Notes under the pieces: model-generated
What the model was told of the DNA's origin: nothing
Seen by the model: the letters and a program-made list of their open reading frames with translations, nothing else
Databases searched by the model: none
Position numbers and translations under genes: made by a program
In this document: positions 1 to 10,247 of the stretch, one piece after another
Layout: every line of letters starts with the position of its first letter
Position numbering within the stretch: position 1 is the first letter of the stretch
Source: Octopus bimaculoides
Lineage: Eukaryota
Assembly: GCF_001194135.2 (NCBI RefSeq)
Contig: NC_068981.1
Span: 72,786,469-72,839,318 of the forward strand
Direction: 5' to 3'
Length of the DNA stretch: 52,850 bases

Positions 1-31
<31 letters not shown>

Positions 32-36
32 TAGAT

Positions 37-73
<37 letters not shown>

Positions 74-1534
74 TTATTCGATGGCCTATGTATTGCTTAT
101 AACGTAAGACATTGCAAAACATTTTTTCCAATTGTTAGAATTTTTATTATGCATCTTTATTAAGCATCCGAATTCTTCAGAACAGATTACTTATACTAAT
201 ATTCTAGCTTGTCCAGTATGGGTCAATTTATTATATTTTGTGTTTTCCATATCGATCTTCTTTTAGTAAAAGAATTAAAAATTTTCTATGGTGAACAGTC
301 TTCACAAATGTCTTAATATCCTTAATAAATCACTATTGCAAAGATGTGCAATTTTGATGGAAATGGTGCAAATGAATTACGACAGAGAATAGGTGTGTCA
401 AAAACAAGATATTTTCATTTGAAAAATAATTATTATATTATCAGTGCGTTGTCGATTATTTGAAGATTAAAATCAAAGGCGTTGTAAATCATTGTTGACT
501 TTCATATATCTCATATAAACTCTACAGTCTCAATGTAAGAAACAATTGGTTCTGTAATAATATGTTTAGAAACATAGTTTGACAAGTGCTGTCTTTCTCT
601 ACAAAATTTCTTTCTTCGGTCAAAAATCCATAAAATCATTATATATGTAATTATGAGTTTAAACCTGAGGTACTACAAAAAGCGTGACTGTAGTATATCA
701 ACTAATTTTATTGCACTTATCGACACTGGTATACTGAAAAAATTGCCAGGGCGTTTTATTGACATTTATTGTGTTAAAGAAATGTTATAATCTTGAAAAA
801 GAATTTCCAAAAGCAGCAAGCATTAATTTTTAAGGCATCCTATGCAATAAATCAAAGTCTATTGATATAATTAACATATAACAGCGAGAGCTGATATTGT
901 AGTTATTCGTCTTTATTTAGATTCACTATTTTGTGTCCAACGTGAAATCAATATGAATGAATGTGATATGGGCAAACTTTTGTTTTAGAACAACAGTCTT
1001 TTGGTTGTATTATTGCTTATTCATTAAACTTATAACGGTTTTAATTACACTACTATATTATTAATTTCTAAGGAGATATTTCACCGATTTTCTGGTGTGT
1101 ATTCAGAGCTAACCTAAACTTCGTCTTTGTTGCTTTATAAGCTATGTGTTATGGTTGGTGCAGTCGATCTATGAAATAGAGCAACTTTTCATGACATGTT
1201 CAATACTTAATGGTAATCCTCAGAATATAGAAGAAGACAAGCATGGACATATATCACACCTGTATTCTCTTTATTAGACTAGTCAGGATATGGGCTTGCG
1301 ATCATGGCGTCATGTTAATAACGTGTTTCATGTTACTCTGGAATAATTACAATGTTACATTATTTAGCATTAAATGCTAATAATTCATTACTGTAATATG
1401 TATCACAGATATTTATGTCATTTTAGTTAAGTACGTATATAAATGTCTGGAATTTTAGATAACAACCTTTATGATAAATTAGAAACTCCAAATATAAACG
1501 ATGATTTCTAAAATTGATGCAAAGACCAATATTT

Positions 1535-1680
1535 AGCGGAGCAGCCACAGTCCATTGAAATGAACCTCAGTAATTGAAGGTACTGATTATATTTATCTCG
1601 GAAGGATAAAGGAAATGCCGATCTTAGCAGGATTTAAAGTTGGAACATAGATGAATTTGAATAAACACCGCAAAACAATC
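1535..1680 (-). mobile_element. Degenerate SINE, family A (gtcgac-tttgcctttcatcc-ggggtcgataa type)
   Basis: Reverse-complement similarity to the better copies at 9089-9302 and 28473-28683. Boundaries approximate. Confidence 0.5.
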
Positions 1681-2354
1681 TACAGGTTCTGTAACTCCAT
1701 CTCCCAATCAAACTTAGAAGGAACACCGACATGGATTGTATTTGAACTGTGAAAAATAGTAGCCATATTCCCTTTCACACCACATTTTACTATATCGTAA
1801 GAAAGGTCACATTAGATACTGTGATCATGGATACATTGTCAGGAAATAAGTTGAGATGGTCGAAATTGAAAGACTTTTATCATAGGTCTACTTGATCAAT
1901 GCAGGCCTAGGATTAAACTCCAATAAAACCTAATACATAAATATAATCTTATCATTATGTTGTTAATTCTAGAAGTCTATCTGTCGAGCATTAAAATAAG
2001 AAATTATCATTGAATAGAAAACTCAAAATATATTTGTCTGATAAATATTTATACAGTACGTTAAATCAGAATCGAGGTTTCTTTTTTTTAATGAATAACT
2101 GTTTATTATACCCAGAGGTGTCTAGAGAAAGTTATAGCAATGCTTATCTTCATATTTTTTCCAACTATATCAATATTTATTCGTCTAACTCATGTATACC
2201 ATTATAACATAACCATATCAACATAATCGTGGGTGGCTAAGGACATAGAGCAGTAAGAAATATCCCACTGAGCTAAGAAATCCCACAAGGAATTTTAATT
2301 ACCTTGTATAGTATTGTCTTATATACAAGAACATTGAAGAAAGTAAATGCATAC

Positions 2355-2535
2355 ATACATTTAAGGAGCAGCCACAATTGCGTTGCTGTGAAGTTTTCTT
2401 TGAAGCCACGTGAGTCTGAGTTCGATTTCTCTACGTGGTGACGTGAGAAAATATATTCAACCGTAATCTTGGGTTGGCTCACGTTTTGATATCTTAGGGG
2501 TTATTTTTGCAGAAGGAAACTGCAGAAAAGCTTGT
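2355..2535 (+). mobile_element. Degenerate 5' part of SINE family B (tRNA head plus CORE-like domain)
   Basis: Weak similarity to 5629-5790 and 44775-44930 (gagttcgattt B-box-like, gaaggaaactg...aagc). Boundaries approximate. Confidence 0.45.
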
Positions 2536-3313
2536 CATGTATATGTGTATGCATACATACATACATATATACATATTTAGATGTGAGTGTATATAGATTT
2601 ATATATGCATGCACACGTGCATATTTTGACAGATGGTGTAATCAAACGAGAAAGCAGATAAACCGATGCTTTCGAATGAAAATCACCTGCCTTTGATAAT
2701 TGTTCTACTCAAGTTGCACAGAGCATTTCTTGTCAATCTTGCCATCGTAAATGACATGAACCAGCAATTTGCCCACTGGAAACCTCTGACCAACGACATT
2801 ATTGTTCACAAAATGTGATATAAATATATTTGATATCTCGCTTAGCTAATTTTGCAGCGTAGTTTGGATTCTCAACTAAAGCCATTTTTCTGCGAGTGAA
2901 ACGAATGCTCTTGAAGAAGACATTCAAACAATTATCATTCGCGTAGGAATATTTCCCTTAAACACACACACACATGCTTGTATGAATTCATATAATGTAT
3001 ACGATATACTTCTTAAGAAAGGCTATACCACAAGGTCACCTATCTATAAGGCTGGAAACTCATTCCAAGTTCAAAACAATTAATGGCATAAAGTAAAGGA
3101 AATGAATTATCTTTAATATGTATCGTGCCAAAATATCTATCTTCATGGAAAGCTCAGCATTTATGCATTGTTCATTTGATGTAATATAGATTTTGGACTG
3201 TCTTTCGTTTATTCTTATATAATTCTTATATGATATTTGCATGCTTCAGTCATTAGAGGGTCTTAGGTTTTAGTCAATCATGTCAAATATATATATATAT
3301 GTGTGTGTGTGTG

Positions 3314-3564
3314 TCGTGAAGTATATTTGCCACCTAAATGTGGCTAATACATAAAGGTTGTTGCTACTGTAGTTGTAGCCCAAGGAAGACATCTCATCCA
3401 GCTGGCTATTGACACACTGTCTGTGCCACATCATTATTTGCAAATACTGATATGGCACAGACAGTGTGTCAGTAGGCAGCTGGAGATTTCTTCCTTGTGC
3501 TACAACTACAGTAGCAACAACCCTTATGGGTTAGCCACATTTAGGTGGAAAATATACTTCACGA
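3314..3564. mobile_element. Hairpin/foldback MITE-like element, ~120-bp inverted arms
   Basis: tcgtgaagtatatttgccacctaaatgtggctaa... is the near-perfect reverse complement of ...ttagccacatttaggtggaaaatatacttcacga, with a loop of ~14 nt near 3433-3447. The ORF track gives near-identical peptides on opposite strands (3270..3458 - and 3423..3788 +). A related copy starts at ~50095. Confidence 0.8.
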
Positions 3565-4009
3565 TGTCATGCGGTTACTGTTTATACCTCACTCAGAGAT
3601 TTATTTTATATATATATATATATATNNNNNNNNNNNNNNNNNNNNNNNNNNNNNNNNNNNNNNNNNNNNNNNNNNNNNNNNNNNNNNNNNNNNNNNNNNN
3701 NNNNNNNNNNNNNNNNNNNNNNNNNNNNNNNNNNNNNNNNNNNNNNNNNNNNNNNNNNNNNNNNGTATGTATGTATATATATTTCTAAATAAGGCACTTT
3801 ATCCTATCAGTATTTGTTTGTCGAACCACTACCGAGGTATACACAAAATGATGTCAATATAAAAGTAAAAGATAGATACATACAAGCATGCCTACACGGA
3901 CACAAGCATACATAAATACATATTACATACATACATACACACACAAATATATACAATTGGATTCTGCACGGTCTACGTCTTTTCCGTCGGCATAATTTCA
4001 CCCACATGT

Positions 4010-4080
4010 TATTATGGATGACTACAACCCAAAAATTTATAGCAGAAGACACTTGCCGAAGATGGTCGTGTAGGATTGTC
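4010..4080 (-). mobile_element. SINE family B CORE-like fragment
   Basis: tatagcagaagacacttgccgaag is the reverse complement of the cttgggcaagtgtcttctgctata core at 44850-44877. Confidence 0.55.
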
Positions 4081-4149
4081 TAGGGTTAAAAAGCAAGAAA
4101 AATACAACTAACTCTGGAGAAGCTTATCTATATTCTACTGCACCTAACC

Positions 4150-4366
4150 ATTTTTTGCCGGTCTGGCAGAATCCTTTAGAGCGTCGAAAAGAATACCTCG
4201 CGCTATTCGTTCGGTTTCTTTATGTTCTGAGCTCACATAACGCTGAGGTCATCTTTGCTTTCGTCCCTTCGGGGTCGATAAGATAAAGTACTACTCAAGT
4301 GCTGGTAATCGAATCACTCCTTCATCCTGAGTAGATTATTGGCCATGTGCTAAAATCAGAAACAAT

Positions 4367-4410
<44 letters not shown>
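4150..4410 (+). mobile_element. SINE family A copy with (TAC)n tail
   Basis: ctggcagaatc...gttctgagctcac...ttcggggtcgataag...aagtac, followed by (TAC)n at ~4366-4412. Confidence 0.65.
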
Positions 4411-4413
<3 letters not shown>

Positions 4414-4535
4414 TTGTTGTTGTTGTTATTGTTGCTATTATGTGAATTTAATTTGAGGTGTATTGTTTTTGTTAATCCTATATCAAAACAATAGTCAATA
4501 TGTATATATCCATATTTATATATTTTTCCTTTCAG

Positions 4536-4684
4536 GACGTCTTTCACGGAGAAGTTCGCCTCATACTATGGCAATATACGTGGGCTTCTACTGGGAAGCA
4601 ACTTGATTGGTCGTCGTTCAGCCTGCAATGAAAATTTGTTCTCTGAAGAAGCTCAGCTAACAGCTTTCAAGAAGGAGAAAGAAG
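4536..4684 (+). CDS. Candidate transglutaminase N-terminal-extension exon (internal exon, phase 2 in, phase 1 out)
   Basis: Polypyrimidine tract plus acceptor (tttttcctttcag|G) and donor (GAAG|gtaatt). Open 49-codon frame TSFTEKFASYYGNIRGLLLGSNLIGRRSACNENLFSEEAQLTAFKKEKE. The terminal G joins AG at 31319 to give an in-frame GAG (Glu). No family motif confirms it, so the linkage is inferred from phase and splice signals. Confidence 0.6.
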
Positions 4685-5000
4685 GTAATTATATTATTTT
4701 CGTGTTACCCCATGGCCCTGTCCTAATAACGTGTTTCTTGAATAATTACAATGTTCTTATATAATTGCCAATAATTTATTACTGTTATACATTTAGCGTA
4801 TGTTAAAAACATTTCCGACACTAATCCACGCATAACTTGAAGCAGTTCATGCAATTTTTTTTTTTTTGATGCTTTGTAAGCTATAAGAGCAGACATCAAA
4901 AACAAAATTCGGAAGGCGGGATGGATAAACATTTAGAACATTATTGACATGTGTTCGTCACAGTTTTCCTTGAATACAGTGCTCGTTACACACAACATAT

Positions 5001-5206
5001 GTGGCACTCCGTCGGTTACGGCAACGAGGGTTCCAGTTAATCCAATCAACGGAACAGCCTGCTCGCGAAATTAATGTGCAAGTGGCTGAGCACTCCACAG
5101 ACACGTGTACCCTTGACGTACTTCTCGGTGACAAGGCTGGCCCATTGAAATACAGGTACGGCAGAAACAGGAAGAAAGAGTGAGTGAAAGTTGTGGTGAA
5201 AGAGTA
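5001..5206 (-). mobile_element. 5'-truncated copy of SINE family C
   Basis: High identity to 46365-46580 (gtggcactccgtcg...aacggaacagcctgctcg...cagaaacaggaagaaagagtga). Lacks the tRNA head. Confidence 0.85.
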
Positions 5207-5217
5207 CATATATATAT

Positions 5218-5272
5218 ATTTTAAATTCTCAATCGCAGAATAAGCATTATTCTGCGATTGAGAATTTAAAAT
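5218..5272. repeat. Perfect 26-bp palindrome with GCA triloop
   Basis: attttaaattctcaatcgcagaataa-gca-ttattctgcgattgagaatttaaaat, checked base by base. Confidence 0.95.
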
Positions 5273-5628
5273 CACTTCTTTAACTTTCTAAAAAGATATC
5301 TCAACGCTTCTAAAAGCAAACTTCGTTTGTTTATTTACGTTTGTCGTAATTTGAATTTNNNNNNNNNNNNNNNNNNNNNNNNNNNNNNNNNNNNNNNNNN
5401 NNNNNNNNNNNNNNNNNNNNNNNNNNNNNNNNNNNNNNNNNNNNNNNNNNTGTGTGTGTGTGTGTGTGTGTGTGTGTAGTTCAGCAGTTCAGTGGTGTTA
5501 GGTCTGAAAAGGAAAAGGATCTGTGTTCTTTTAGCTACGCAAAGCTTACAGTTTTTTGACCCGTTGACATATGGTGTGGACGTTTCAATTACTTTTCCTT
5601 TTATGGTATGTGGTGTGGCGATGTATAC

Positions 5629-6030
5629 AGGCGCAGACGTGACTCTGTGCTAAGAAGTTTGCTTCTCAACCACATAGTTCTGGGTTCCGTGCTACTGAGT
5701 GGCACATTAGGCTGTTGTCTTCTAATATATCTTCGGGCCGACCACAGTCTTGTGAGTGGTTTCGATAGACGGAAACCGAAAGAAGCCCGTCGGGTACATA
5801 TATGCATATGCCTGTGTATTTGTGTTTGTCTCTCCATCACCGTTTGACAACCAGTGCTGGTGTGTTTATTTCCCCGCAATTTTGCGGCTCGGCAAAAGAG
5901 TATTAGGCTTATAAAAAACAAGTTCTGAGGTTGATTTGTTTGACTAAAACCCTTCAAGTGGTGCTGCTCTAGCATGGCCGTAGCCAAATGACTGTAACAA
6001 GTAAAGGAATAAAAGAATAAATAAATAAAT
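5629..6030 (+). mobile_element. Full-length SINE family B (tRNA-like head, CORE-like domain, internal TG/TA tract, (AATA)n tail)
   Basis: Colinear with 44775-45157 over ~380 bp, with a B-box-like gggttccgtgc and ending aaatgactg...gtaaa...aataaaa. CORE-SINE assignment is from recalled similarity. Confidence 0.8.
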
Positions 6031-6697
6031 ATATATATATTTACACGCACACTTATGAATGTGTATATATATATTTGTGTGTTTGTCTCTGTGTTTATGT
6101 ACGTATGTATGTGTGTATGTATACATTAACATGTGCAAACATACACTCAAAAGTTGCAGTCTACACACAAAAGACGGAACGAGTTTCCAATAATTCATAC
6201 TTTACAGTGTTCATACCTAAAGCGAAAGGACTGCCTAAAATGAAAGACACGGAATTAGACAGACAGGGAGTCAGACAGATAGACAGGCAGATAGATAGGT
6301 AGGTAGACATACATACAGACAGACAGGCAGGCAAGTGGATAGATAGACAGATAGATAAACCATTATATTCATGTTTTAGTTGATTTTCTGAATATCCGAT
6401 ACCAACTGGTTTAGTTGTGATGAAATTTCGATCCGGAGTGAAAGCCAAATAATAATTCTTTCAAGTGAATAAATCTTTATTTACTGTCGCCACTACGTCT
6501 TGATAAAATATTGCTCATTAGCCGATATATTTGCTCATTATAACCACAATTGCACGTCTGTAAGCGTTCATGCGTACAGTGTAGAAATTTTATTCGTTTA
6601 TGTGTAAACTTGTTTGAGTATGGAAGGTAGCGAATGTGCAGTTGTACATTAATTACTGCATGTGTGTGTATAGGTGTGTATGCGTGTGTTTGTGTGT

Positions 6698-6736
<39 letters not shown>

Positions 6737-8239
6737 TGTGTCTGTGTGTATGTGTGTGTGTGTACAAGTATGTCTAACTTCTGCTAATGTTATTACCTAA
6801 GAGATAAGATCGCTCATTGCTAACAGTAACCCTCGTTGCTATGTTAAATGACAAAGTACCTAACACACCTAATAAAAGATGCCATTTGCATTTTTAATCT
6901 ATTTTGGATTTCAGAGTTGTCACCCTTACCCTTCTTTACAAATATTGTCATTGGCACTTATGATTTTTCGTCTCATTATCGATACAATTTCAATTGGATA
7001 CGATTTAATTTTGCCTAATTCTACTAAGCATGTTAGCCTGAACTTAATATGTTCATAAGAAGCCTTTTAGAAATTTTTCAATCTCATTATGTTCAACTGC
7101 CTAATCAGTAAATTATCTTCACAAAAGAACTACATCTTTGAGTCATTCTATGATCTAGTAAAGGCATATTACACTTTACTTAGCTGAAGATGCCTAATAA
7201 CATCAACTTGTGTAGAGTTGTCTACAAATTTAGAGCCATCCTCTCCACATTGCATGTCTTTTTAATTTATAATCAACGTAAATCTTCAAGTTTTCTACCT
7301 GGCCTTCCTTGACAAAATTTGCATTACAAGCTTACACAGATGCATACATTCATGTCACAAACATATTTTAACTAACCTAGGCGCTAACATTTCGTTATAC
7401 ACACACACATATAGTAAATAAAAAAAAAAGAAATAACAAACGCAAAAACACAACAACGCAAGGACGTGGTACATGTAAAGTATTAGCAGACGCTCAGGGA
7501 AGGAAAGAAAGGTGGTTTTCCGTTTCGGGCTGTACATTCATATATCCAAATCGTATTCAATGCGTTATCGAAAACTTAGTTTAACATAGTATTTCTATGT
7601 TCGTATGTATTTTTATTAAGATAGTTCATATCGGCAGCAGTTCCTACGCGATTACAAAGTCGTAATCTGACAATTTCAGAGAGATCTGACGACTAATCGG
7701 ATTTTTGCGTGAAATTTTAGACGACGGAGTAAAATTTCAGTACATTTGACACCCCTTCGATTGGTTTCACGTAGAGAAAAATTAACCTATAATGAAGATT
7801 AATAGAGGGCATCAATTATGGTAATTGAAGAAAATGTCCGAATCTAACAAGCTAATGAACATGTCGTTCAGATTAGGCTTTCCGAGTCGCTGAGGAAAAT
7901 GTTATAGTACTTGATGTAGGAAAAGCTGAGGTGCTTTTTAATGGCAATCATTGCCCGCCAAGTGGTAAATGATAAATTGTTTCCCACACAGCTTTTCTAA
8001 TAGTCTCCCTTTTACCGTTTTTTTTGTTGTTTTTTTTTTGCGATAGTGAAGTACCTGAAAAGGACCAGTGTAGGATGAGCTTAAAAATGGAATCACTTTA
8101 GATTAAATCAAATGACGGGTTGAAATCGGAATATGCGCTAGTGTGCCGTGATGAAGTTGCAGTTGGTGTTATATGGGACATGTGTTTCTGCAGTCTATCT
8201 ATGTATTGTGACGTATCTTGTACTGATTCTGATTTGGAC

Positions 8240-8620
8240 AGTTAGGTGCAACCATTTGTCCTGATAACTTGAGAAGTGCTAGACAGTCTCCGTAGTATGG
8301 CACTGCTGCAATATGTACCACACTTCTACTAGGTACTCTCAGTTATCTCCTTCGAAGGGTGGGGTTGCTTATATTGATAGTAATATACTCGTATCACTTA
8401 GTGGTGTCCGGCTGGACTTAAGTGCAACTTTGACTTGGCGACGGAAATGTTCCACCATACTGTTTGTTGGTAGATTATAAGCGGTAATGCGAATTCGAAT
8501 GCAAACTGACTCTCTATCAGTTGTGATGGCCGCTGATGTACTATAACTTGAGGTCCACCGGTCGATTTACAAATCTCTTAGCAATTATCTCCGCTGTTGT
8601 GTCGGTTAGATAAATAAGCT
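8240..8620 (-). pseudogene. Degenerate Ty3/Gypsy integrase core fragment
   Basis: Broken minus-strand frames give LTDTTAEIIAKRFV...AITTDRES...RIRITAYNLPTNSMVEHFRRQVKVALKS...LLSI...YYG..L.L.GQ, resembling the Gypsy IN pattern (DITAETVA..F; ITTDRGSQF; RTTAYHPQ.NGMVERFHRQLK). Confidence 0.6.
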
Positions 8621-8884
8621 CCTAGCTATCTGCTATTTCCGTTCAAATTTGAAATGATAATAATACACACACACACACACACACACATATTTATATCAAA
8701 TTATACACTATCTGCACATATGTCTGTATTATATTCAAGGCAGGAATTTATAGTTCTTTATTACTCATCTATGTCTTACTTCGAATAATAACGTTTCTTA
8801 ATTCATTAACGTTTCAATATTGTCTCCTCCCCTAAATTTCAGTCCTTGTGCCTTTAGTAAAAAAAGATTATTATTATTATTATT

Positions 8885-9062
8885 AAGGTGGTGAACTGGC
8901 AGAATCGTTAGTCCGTCTTTGCGTTCTGAGTTCAAATGCCGCCGAGATCGACTTTCCTTTCATCCATTCGGGATCGATAAGTACCAGTTGAATACTAGGG
9001 TCGATGTAATCGACTTATCCACTACCCCGAACCTACTGACCTTGTTCCAAAATTTGAAATCC
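8885..9062 (+). mobile_element. SINE family A copy (internal deletion)
   Basis: aaggtggtgaactggcagaatcgttag...gttctgagttcaaatgccgccgagatcgactttcctttcatcc...gataagtaccagttg...gggtcgatgtaatcgact. The central domain resembles the Meta-SINE domain as I recall it. Confidence 0.85.
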
Positions 9063-9088
9063 TTTTTATAATTACTATTATTATAATT

Positions 9089-9301
9089 AAGGTGGTGAGC
9101 TGGCAGAATCGTTAGCACGCCTAACGAAATGCTTAGCGGTATTTCGCCTGTCGCTCCGTTCTGAGCTGAAATTCCGCCGAGGTCAACTTTACCTTTCAAC
9201 CTTTCGGGATCGCTAAAATACGTACCAGTTGAACACTGATGTCCATATAATCGACTCATCACTTCCTCCAAAATTGTTGCCCCTGTGACAAAATTTCAAA
9301 C

Positions 9302-9365
<64 letters not shown>
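9089..9365 (+). mobile_element. SINE family A full-length copy with (ATT)n tail
   Basis: Same consensus as 8885-9062, 28473-28683 and 49739-49957. The body ends at ~9302, followed by (ATT)n to ~9365. Confidence 0.85.
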
Positions 9366-9542
9366 TCATGTTTAACTTTTGTTTTGCATTTGTACAAGTT
9401 GGATCCAAGTCTCACCCAGAGACCTCAAGAGACAACAAGTTGGAAGTTCATGTAGGTGTTATGCCTAGGGTACCATATATTTGGATTTGTTCTCGAGAAT
9501 GTTTAAGAAACCATAAGAAAATTATGTTTGTTTTAAAATTTG
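9366..9542 (-). mobile_element. 3'-terminal ~180 bp of the Dong/R4-like LINE (same family as 23065-25202), bounded by (TTA)n on both sides
   Basis: tgtttaacttttgttttgcatttgtacaagttggatccaagtctcacccagagacctcaa...ttttaaaatttga matches 23070-23270. Confidence 0.85.
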
Positions 9543-9575
<33 letters not shown>

Positions 9576-9583
9576 GTTATTAT

Positions 9584-10047
9584 TTTGGTTTTGGCTCAGG
9601 TTCAGTCTTATTCCTGGTATGATTTATGTGAGTAACGGGTTACTACCTGTAACCTTAGGTATCCACAAGTTTTCAGTAGTCTTACAAGTGCTTAGAACCC
9701 TCCTGATAATCTTTGCTGTCCTTAAGAAGCAAACTTTCTGTAGGAGCTCTCTCGAGCATTCTATTTCAATCGCCTTCAGCCATTCGTATATATGTTTGCG
9801 TACTGTTCCCAACGCACCAATTACAAGTATGACCTTTACTGTTCGTATGCTTTAAATTCTTCCTATTTCAAATTTTAAGGGATTGTATTTTCTTTGTTTT
9901 TCTTCCTTTTTCTTTATGATCCTGGAATCAAATGGGCATAATGGGTCGATAAGTAAGCAACTTCGCTTTTCTTTATCTGTAATCGTTATATCTGGTCTAT
10001 TATTTTCTAACTTCTTGTCCGTTTGAATAGAAAAGTCCCACAAAATT
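9584..10047 (-). pseudogene. RLE endonuclease fragment of a second R4-like subfamily
   Basis: WDFSIQTDKKLENNRPDITITDKEKRSCLLIDPLCPFD...KY..LKFEI...IGALGTV...LLQKVCFLRTAKIIRRVL shows the PD-(D/E)xK RLE pattern. The 3' end abuts (TTA)n at 9543-9583. Confidence 0.85.
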
Positions 10048-10115
10048 TTACATTATTATCATCATCATCATCATCATCATCATTCTTCTTCTTCTTCTTC
10101 TTCTTCTTCTTCTTC

Positions 10116-10187
<72 letters not shown>

Positions 10188-10189
<2 letters not shown>

Positions 10190-10247
10190 TTATGTTTGAC
10201 TTTTGTTTTGCATGTGTACAAGTTGGATCCAAGTCTCACCCAGAGAC
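10188..10247 (-). mobile_element. Third Dong/R4-like 3' end, truncated by an assembly gap
   Basis: tttatgtttgacttttgttttgcatgtgtacaagttggatccaagtctcacccagagac directly follows a long (TTA)n tract. The gap starts at 10248. Confidence 0.85.
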
